Shown here piece by piece: positions 44,273 to 51,031 of a DNA stretch of 64,000 nucleotides; position 1 is the stretch's first letter; every line of letters begins with the position of its first letter. Origin of the DNA: an uncultured Bryobacterales bacterium. Its GTDB lineage: Bacteria; Acidobacteriota; Terriglobia; Bryobacterales; UBA6623. The notes beneath the pieces were generated by a model that searched no databases, was not told the DNA's origin, and saw nothing but the letters and a program-made list of their open reading frames with translations. The stretch lies in contig CAYWUV010000025.1 in NCBI GenBank assembly GCA_964461235.1, positions 3,901 to 67,900 on the forward strand. Reading direction: 5' to 3'. Both the position numbers and the translations under genes were made by a program.

Positions 44273-46756
44273 TCAGCGCAGCCTGAACGGGCGCTCGTTC
44301 TCGTACAGTTCCAGCCGCCCCTGGACCTCCGCTGCCAGTTGGTGGCGCCCGAGAGGCTCCAGTAGCGTTAGCGCCTCGCGGGCAATTCCCGCGGCGTCGC
44401 CGAAGCGACCCGACTCAGCATAGGCTGCGGCCAGCGCATCAAGTGCCTGCGGATCGGTCCGGGAAGTCAGTTCAACAGCCTTCTCGGACATTTGAATCGC
44501 CAGATTGCTGTCCCGGAAGCCTGGATTGGGGTGCGCTGACAGGAACCAACTCCATTGAGTCCTGGGTAGCGGCCAGTCGGGACGCCGGCGGATCGCCGCC
44601 GCAAACTGTTCTCCCGCCTCTTTCGGATCTCCGGCCAGCATCAGCGCATTCGCGAGGTGATTGTGTGTTTCGGCTTCCGGAGCAATCTCGACCGCCCGTC
44701 TCAGACTCTCAATGGCTCCCTGACTGTCGTTCAGCAACAGAAGGGTCATCCCGAGGTTGTTGTGCGCCTTGGTATGTCCAGGATCAAGGCGAATGGCTTC
44801 CCTGTAGCGCTGGGCTGCTTCCGCGTTCCTTCCCAAGGCCACCAGCACAGTGCCCATTGCAAACTCCAGCCGTGCGTCCTTGGGTGCCAGTCTCGCCGTT
44901 TCCTCCAGTACGACCGCCGCAGCGGTCGGTCGATTCGTCTCAAGGAGCACTGCGGCGAGGCTGCTGGCTGCGTCAGTTGCCGTTTTGTCCAGAGCAAGAA
45001 TCTCGCGAAAGCGTGCCTCAGCGTCTGTGGCCCTCCCGGCCTGTTGCAAGGCAAGGCCCAGGTTGAAAAGGACGTCTGGGTCCGGTTTCGGACTCAAATC
45101 CATCGCTCTCGTTAACGGAGGAATGGCTTGGTCCGCCCACCCCAGATTGAGCAGCGCCGTACCCCAGTCGAAGAACGGCTCGGATGTGTCCGAAGTCATG
45201 CGAGCGGCTAGTCTGAAATAGTTCTCCGCTGCTCGAAGGTCTCCCCTATTTGCCGCTGCATGGCCCAGTACCGAAAGAGTGTCAAGGTCCTCGCCGAGCA
45301 AGCTGAAAGCCTGACTGGCCAACCGAGCAGCTTCTTCGTGCTTCCCGGCCCAGTCGAGGACTTTGGCCAAGTTACGAAGCGCTGCACCATGGGCCCTCGC
45401 GTCAATGCTTGCAAGAATCCGTTCTGAGACGCGCTCGAAGACTTGGGCACCGGGAGCCCCAGGGAGAATGCCGTCGAGTACCAACTCCTCAATCGTGGCT
45501 CTTGCAATCATTCCGTACCCCTCGGCGGTCATATGAACGTGGTCTTGGAAGATCTCTGCTCCGGGGATTCCACGCTCCGATGCTTCCCGGACGTGTTCGC
45601 CAAGATCCACCAGAAGAGCTCCCCGCTCGGAAGCTGTCGCGACAACTGCTTGCCGAATGGCACCGATCGCGCGCAGCGGGCAAACGTCCTCTTCAAGGGC
45701 GCGTTCAAAGGCCTGCCTCGCTTCGGCATCACGCCCTAACGCATACAGGGCTCGGCCGAGGGCGTAATAGGTGCCCGCGTATCGAGGATCGACTGCGGCT
45801 GCCTTGGTCAGCGACTCGACCGCTACTTCGGGATCAGCGGTCTCATCCGCCTCGACCAACAAGTCATTGAGCAGGTCGCGATCACCGACGCTCAGGTCCG
45901 AGTCGAACTGAGCCTTGAACGGCGAGCAGTCGCGCAGGTTCGATTCGGGTGTGATGAACCCTATCTGAGCGCCGGCTGACCTCGCAATGTCGACCATTCG
46001 GTTGAGATTGAAGCGAAAGTGGTCAACCGTCAGTCTTCGCTGCTCGTCATCTCGATGGTAGTCCTTCGGACCCACCGAGTGCTCTAGGATCGTATCAACC
46101 TCCGGAGGCAGTAGGTCAGGATCGCTGGCCGTCCTTGCGGCACGCTCGACCACTAGACGGCCTGCCGAGAAGATTCTGAATCTGGCTGCGATGTCGCCTG
46201 CGCTTCTCACGGCCCTGGGCGTATTGAGAATCCGGGAATAGCTTCGCCGCTCGAGAAACTCGTTGTGTCCGGTGTACACCAAGAACAGGTCTGGCTCGTA
46301 AGCTGCCAACTCTTCCATCAGCAGGGCCACTCGGTAGCTCGCATAGCTGATTCCTCCTGCGTTGACGACTTCCCAATGGCGATTCGGGGCGCTCTCCGCG
46401 AGCAACTCCCGGAGCCACCCACTAAACGAAACCTGGTCTTCGTAGGGTCTTCCGTAAGTCGTAGACCCGCCAATAGAAAAAATCCGAAAGGTGCCTTCGG
46501 CCTTAGTTGCCGGGAATCGCTGTTCATTGAACCAACTGCGTTTCGGAACTGCGGTCACATAGTCCCCGTCCTCGAGCACGAACAGGTCAACGGTTCCGGA
46601 GAATCCCACGTACGGGTCGCGAGCGAACGGCAGCGGATCGATTCCTCCGATCATGAGAGCCAGCTCGAGCGCAACAAAGAACAGGCAAAGGGTCACCAAG
46701 GCGTAGCAGGTCTTCTTCCACCTGGAAAGCTCAACCCCTGATTCCCGGGCGCGCAC
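44273..46756 (-). CDS. Membrane-anchored SGNH/GDSL-like + TPR repeat protein
   Basis: 827 aa. N-terminal TM (CYALVTLCLFFVALELALMIGG), SGNH-like blocks (FRIFSIGGSTTYG, VVNAGGISYAS, LVYTGHNEF, FQDHVHMT), then more than 10 TPR units. Confidence 0.75.
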   Translation of the reverse strand: MRARESGVELSRWKKTCYALVTLCLFFVALELALMIGGIDPLPFARDPYVGFSGTVDLFVLEDGDYVTAVPKRSWFNEQRFPATKAEGTFRIFSIGGSTTYGRPYEDQVSFSGWLRELLAESAPNRHWEVVNAGGISYASYRVALLMEELAAYEPDLFLVYTGHNEFLERRSYSRILNTPRAVRSAGDIAARFRIFSAGRLVVERAARTASDPDLLPPEVDTILEHSVGPKDYHRDDEQRRLTVDHFRFNLNRMVDIARSAGAQIGFITPESNLRDCSPFKAQFDSDLSVGDRDLLNDLLVEADETADPEVAVESLTKAAAVDPRYAGTYYALGRALYALGRDAEARQAFERALEEDVCPLRAIGAIRQAVVATASERGALLVDLGEHVREASERGIPGAEIFQDHVHMTAEGYGMIARATIEELVLDGILPGAPGAQVFERVSERILASIDARAHGAALRNLAKVLDWAGKHEEAARLASQAFSLLGEDLDTLSVLGHAAANRGDLRAAENYFRLAARMTSDTSEPFFDWGTALLNLGWADQAIPPLTRAMDLSPKPDPDVLFNLGLALQQAGRATDAEARFREILALDKTATDAASSLAAVLLETNRPTAAAVVLEETARLAPKDARLEFAMGTVLVALGRNAEAAQRYREAIRLDPGHTKAHNNLGMTLLLLNDSQGAIESLRRAVEIAPEAETHNHLANALMLAGDPKEAGEQFAAAIRRRPDWPLPRTQWSWFLSAHPNPGFRDSNLAIQMSEKAVELTSRTDPQALDALAAAYAESGRFGDAAGIAREALTLLEPLGRHQLAAEVQGRLELYENERPFRLR

Positions 46757-47045
46757 CCGTTACATTTTATGTTCCGCCTGCAAGGGAACGGGAGTGCGGC
46801 TCCGGACCAACCACGACTCCAGATTGCCTTCGTCCCCATTTGCGAGGCGCTGGTCGCTTCGACTGCGAACGCTATTCGACCTCGTCACCAAGGGATACGA
46901 AGACCACCTAGGTTCCTATGCCGGAAGTGTGAACGTATCTTGAGCTGTTCAACTCCGCAGGGCCCAACTGTTCCTCGCCTGGAGCGGCCCGCCAGATGTT
47001 AGCTTCAACTCTGGGGTCAAACAGTCCCGAAACGGAGGATCTAGG

Positions 47046-47100
47046 GTGAACAGACGGCTGACTGCCCTTGTCGAACGCGAGGCCGACGGCTATGTTGCAC
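47046..47100 (+). pseudogene. 5' fragment of a second hicB-like antitoxin gene
   Basis: GTG-NRRLTALVEREADGYVA. 77 nt (47022-47098) align with 49059-49135 at about 65/77 identities by hand. Homology is lost after about 47100. Confidence 0.55.
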
Positions 47101-47149
47101 CCAATTATGAGCTGCATCACATGATTGGGTCCACGTCCGTAGGAAGTGG

Positions 47150-47745
47150 GTGCGGGCCGGGACCGGACACCCGGAACTGAAGGCGTGAGCCCAGGAGTGG
47201 ATCGAGGCCATCGCCAAGTTGTTCCGGCCGAACCAGCAGCGGCTCCGGCAGCGGGATCCGCAGCAACCGCTGGAACGGCAGGGTGCGGAGTTCGAGGCGC
47301 TCCAGCAGGAGTTGCAAGCGCGGGTCGAGGCCCTGTTCGAGCGTGTCCGGAAGGAGGGCCGGGCGCGCGGTGGACTGGATTCTGCTCGACCAGGCGGGCC
47401 AGAATGGGGCCGAACTGGCCCGCCTGGATGCGCAAGGACGGGCACTGGGAGCCTCGCCGGAGCACCGGGAATCGCTGGGCGACATCGTGGCGGACCCGCG
47501 CATCCCGCTCGACGCCAACCTCTCGAAGCGCGTGCTGCGAGGGCCGGTGATCGCCTGCTGCACCAGCTTCGGCTCGGGCTGCGGGCATGCTGTTCGGCGT
47601 GCTCGCGAAGGTCCGCCTAGCGGGCCTGAACCCTTATGCCTGGATGCTGGACTGGCTGGCGGCCTGCGCCCGCCACGGGGCCAGACCCCGCCGCAGTTCG
47701 ATCCCTAGCTGCCGTGGCGCATGAGAGAGTCGTGGCGGGAGCAAC
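47150..47745 (+). mobile_element. IS66-family transposase C-terminal remnant (frameshifted, in-frame TAG)
   Basis: ..DPRIPLDANLSKRVLRGPVI.. (dNN.aEralRg box), then in another frame AGMLFGVLAKVRLAGLNPYAWMLDWLAACARHG, then ..PPQFDP*LPWRM (TAG 47706-47708 where the family has Trp). No DDE core present. Confidence 0.6.
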
Positions 47746-47827
47746 TCGGCCAGGCCCCGGGAGTCCGCCCTCCTGGTTGCCGCTGGTATACTGCGACAGC
47801 GCGGAACCCGCGCCCACCGGGAGTCGC

Positions 47828-48730
47828 ATGGCGGACGAGCGGGTCATCCAGCAGGGCTTGGCCAAGCCGGCCAGCGAGCCCGTAACCGAGTTCTACCCGG
47901 ATTCCGACGGCCGGCCCATGGCGGAGAACGACACCCATTACGGGGCCATCCGCTCGATCCGGGAGCCGTTGGCGTCCCGCTACCGGGGCAGCGCGGACAC
48001 CTACGTCTCGGGCGACCTGCTGATGTACTACCGGCGCTACGATCCGAGCCAGTGCGTGGCACCGGACGTGATGGTAGTGGTGGGGACCTCTCCGCAGGAG
48101 CGGCGCAGCTACCGGCTGTGGGAGGAGGGCAAGCCGCCAGACTTCGTGGTGGAGGTGAGTTCGCCGGACTCGTACGGGCACGACAGCGGGCCGAAGCGGG
48201 AGCTGCTGGGGAGGCTGGACGTGCGGGAGTACTTGCTGTTCCGGCCGGACTACGGGGGTGAAACAGGGAGCGGGGTCGTGCGGCTGTACCGGCAGTGGGG
48301 CGGGCAGCTTGTGGAGGCGGACCCGCACGGCGAGGTGGGGGGCGAGCCGGAGTACGCGAGCGAGGTGCTGGGAGTGGGGTTCCGGGCGGACGGGAACCGG
48401 GTGCGTCTGCGCGACCTGGAATCGGGCCGGGACCTGGAGTTGCCCGAGGAGGTCGAGCAGGCCCGGGACACTGAGAGGCAAGCCCGCGGCGCGGCGGAAC
48501 TCCGGGCGGAAGAGGAGAGACAGGCGCGCGAGGCGGAGAGACAGGCGCGCGACGCGGCGGAACTCCGGGCGGAAGCGGAGAGGCAGGCCCGCGGCGCGGC
48601 GGAACTCCGGGCGGAAGCGGAGAGGCAGGCCCGCGGCGCGGCGGAACTCCGGGCGGAAGCGGAGCAGCAAGCCCGCAAGGAAGCCGAAGCTCGCATTGCC
48701 GAACTGGAGGCACTCCTGAGGGGAGCCTGA
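47828..48730 (+). CDS. Uma2-family (DUF820) putative endonuclease with repetitive coiled-coil tail
   Basis: EFYPDSDGRPMAENDTHY, VAPDVMVVVG, PPDFVVEVSSPDS..D...K, REYLLFRP. The C-terminal 85 aa are ERQARGAAELRAEA repeats. Confidence 0.85.
   Translation: MADERVIQQGLAKPASEPVTEFYPDSDGRPMAENDTHYGAIRSIREPLASRYRGSADTYVSGDLLMYYRRYDPSQCVAPDVMVVVGTSPQERRSYRLWEEGKPPDFVVEVSSPDSYGHDSGPKRELLGRLDVREYLLFRPDYGGETGSGVVRLYRQWGGQLVEADPHGEVGGEPEYASEVLGVGFRADGNRVRLRDLESGRDLELPEEVEQARDTERQARGAAELRAEEERQAREAERQARDAAELRAEAERQARGAAELRAEAERQARGAAELRAEAEQQARKEAEARIAELEALLRGA
48473..48694 (+). repeat. 42-bp in-frame tandem repeat array (about 4.5 units)
   Basis: Two perfect units of GAGAGGCAGGCCCGCGGCGCGGCGGAACTCCGGGCGGAAGCG at 48578-48619 and 48620-48661, with degenerate units at 48473-48577 and after 48662. 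Confidence 0.85.
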
Positions 48731-49082
48731 CGGCTCCGGTCAAGTAAGTGATCGAATGGCATGCGGACTCCCTTGCCCGCAGTAACGGGGCTTGCAAATC
48801 ACGCCCGCTGCAAGTTCAGTCCGAAGTTGTTGGACACGTCTGTCCAGCGTGCATTGATCTGTTACGAAGCAAGTCGCCTGCCGACTCGAACGTACTACAG
48901 TGGGATCGCTACACTGCCAGTTCTCGAGCAGGGCACGATGCTCCGCTTCTAGGAATCAAAGAAGGGTGGCGGAAGCGGAACGGCGATCGCGTGTGCTCGA
49001 TACGTCAAGTCCTAGTGGACGAATCATCGTATGAAGCCAGCGGTACGCCGCGGCCAAGCAGACCCGAAACGGGAGATTTGGC

Positions 49083-49304
49083 ATGAACAGACGGCTGACG
49101 GCGATTGTCGAGCGCGAGGCCCACGGCTATGTTGGACTCTGCCCTGAGGTAGACGTGGCGGGTCAGGGCAAGATGGTTGTCGAGGCACGCGACAACCTTG
49201 CCGAGGCTCTCAACCTGTTCTTTGAGACCGCGCCCGCCGAGGAAGTAGACCGGCATCTTCGTGGCGAAGTCTATGTGACCCAGATTGAGGTCGCGGTTGG
49301 CTAG
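49083..49304 (+). CDS. hicB: HicB-like antitoxin (small HicB_lk type)
   Basis: 73 aa. MNRRLTAIVEREAHGYVGLCPEVDVAGQGKMVVEARDNLAEALNLFFETAPAEEV..EVYVTQIEV. Confidence 0.8.
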   Translation: MNRRLTAIVEREAHGYVGLCPEVDVAGQGKMVVEARDNLAEALNLFFETAPAEEVDRHLRGEVYVTQIEVAVG

Positions 49305-49505
49305 GCGTCACGTCTTGTCCGGCCGCGAGGCCTGCCGCATCCTCGCCGCCAACGGTCAGGTGGAAGTCAGACGGCGGGGCGGTCACATAGCGATGCAGAG
49401 ACCAAATCCCTTTGGTACGAATGCCGTTCCTGTGCCGAACTACCCCAGGAATTGCGGATCGGCAGGCTGATGTCGGCCATTCGCCAGTCCGGAGTGCCCC
49501 GGTAG
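49285..49505 (+). pseudogene. hicA: HicA mRNA-interferase toxin, frameshifted
   Basis: ..RHVLSGREACRILAANGQVEVRRRGGHIAMQRPNPFGTNAVPVPNYP, then the family ending QELRIGRLMSAIRQSGVPR-TAG (49503-49505) is in the +1 frame. The shift maps to the C-run at 49443-49446. Confidence 0.75.
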
Positions 49506-49585
49506 GACCTCGAGGAAGGGCCGTGCGATCGCAGTGCTACAACTCTTGGGATTTACACGACTCCCGGGTTTGATCTAACCTGAAC

Positions 49586-51031
49586 ATGGCCGACCTTCGG
49601 AGGCCCGCCTTGGTATCGCGACGCAGACTGCTGGAATTGAGTCCTCTGGGCTTCGGGGGAATTGTTCTTTCCCATCTGCTGGCCGAAGAATCCCGGACGG
49701 GGCGCATCACCACGCACAACGACTTGGTCGCCCGAAAAGGCCACTTCCCTGCCCGGGCGAAGGCCGTGATCCAGCTGGTGCAGAACGGCGGTCCGAGCCA
49801 GATGGACCTCTTTGACCCGAAGCCGATGCTGGCGAAGTACGCAGGCCAGCCTCATCCCGACGGCGTCGAGATCCACCAGCCGGGCAACCAGAACACGCTC
49901 CTGCCCACTCCGTTCGAGTTCCGCAAGCACGGCGAATGCGGCATGGACGTCTCGGAAGCCTTGCCGCACCAGGCGGAGATTGTCGACAAGCTGTGCTTCA
50001 TCCGTTCCATGCACACCGAGCACAACAACCACCTGGAGGGGTTGAACATGCTGCTCACGTGCAAGATCTTTCCGGGCCGGCCTGTCATGGGGGCCTGGAT
50101 CACCTACGCCCTCGGGACAGAGAACCAGAGCCTGCCGGCGTACGTCGTGCTCCGGGATCCCAAGGGCTACACGATTGGAGGCAAGCAACTCTGGGCCAAC
50201 GGTTTTCTACCGGCGTTGTACCAAGGCGTCGAATTTGCAACCACCGGCGCTCCGGTTCACCACCTGAAGCCAGCCCGTCCGCTGCCGCCCGGGGTCCAGC
50301 GCGAGAGTCTTGACTACTTGGCTCGAATCAACCAACTGCATCTCGACGAGCGGCCCGGCGAGAGCGAACTCGAGGCCCGGATCAGGAATTTCGAACTTGC
50401 CGCCCGGATGCAGGTCGAGGCCATGGACATCCTCGACATAAACAGCGAGTCCGAGGCCACAAAGCAGCTTTACGGTATCGACGATCCGGTCCGGGGACCG
50501 TACGGCACCCGTTGCCTAATGGCACGACGGCTCGTGGAGGCAGGCGTGCGCTTCGTGCAGGTGACGACGAAACCCGGACAGCCGTGGGATCACCACAACG
50601 AACTCGGCAAGAACATGCCCGTGATCGCCACGGAAACGGACCAGGGAGCCGCTGCCCTGGTGACCGATCTCGAAGCGCGAGGCATGCTCGACGAGACCAT
50701 CGTGATGTGGGCGGGCGAGTTCGGCCGGCTCCCGACGACGCAGCGAAGCGGCGGACGCGACCACAACCGCAACGCGTTCACGCTCTGGTTCGCGGGCGGG
50801 GGCTTCAAGCGCGGCGTCGCTTATGGCGAGACTGACGACTTCGGGTACAAGTCAGTGGTTGACCGGGTCAGCGTGCCGGATATGACAGCAACGGTGCTTC
50901 ATCAGCTCGGACTCGACCATCGCAACACTGTCTTTCCGCATGCCGGCCGGCTGGAAACGCCGTCCGATGTCACGGTCACCGGTGCGCGAGTAGTGGGAGA
51001 CCTCCTCACGAACGGGGTCCACGCCGGATGA
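49586..51031 (+). CDS. DUF1501 domain protein (Tat-type signal)
   Basis: 481 aa. VSRRRLLELSPLGFGG, VIQLVQNGGPSQMDLFD, GEFGRLP, GGRDHN. ATGA overlap with the downstream PSD1 gene. Confidence 0.9.
   Translation: MADLRRPALVSRRRLLELSPLGFGGIVLSHLLAEESRTGRITTHNDLVARKGHFPARAKAVIQLVQNGGPSQMDLFDPKPMLAKYAGQPHPDGVEIHQPGNQNTLLPTPFEFRKHGECGMDVSEALPHQAEIVDKLCFIRSMHTEHNNHLEGLNMLLTCKIFPGRPVMGAWITYALGTENQSLPAYVVLRDPKGYTIGGKQLWANGFLPALYQGVEFATTGAPVHHLKPARPLPPGVQRESLDYLARINQLHLDERPGESELEARIRNFELAARMQVEAMDILDINSESEATKQLYGIDDPVRGPYGTRCLMARRLVEAGVRFVQVTTKPGQPWDHHNELGKNMPVIATETDQGAAALVTDLEARGMLDETIVMWAGEFGRLPTTQRSGGRDHNRNAFTLWFAGGGFKRGVAYGETDDFGYKSVVDRVSVPDMTATVLHQLGLDHRNTVFPHAGRLETPSDVTVTGARVVGDLLTNGVHAG

Noticed and set aside
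48473-48694. Regular repeats checked as a possible CRISPR array.
   Set aside because: The units are contiguous with no spacers, in frame inside a CDS, and encode a repetitive peptide. No cas genes are nearby. No other repeat-spacer structure was seen in the window.
47705-48797. Two long minus-strand ORFs (321 and 317 aa), extremely Pro/Arg/Ala-rich and internally repetitive.
   Set aside because: They are the reverse complement of the Uma2 gene and its 42-bp tandem repeats. The sense strand carries the clear Uma2 motifs.
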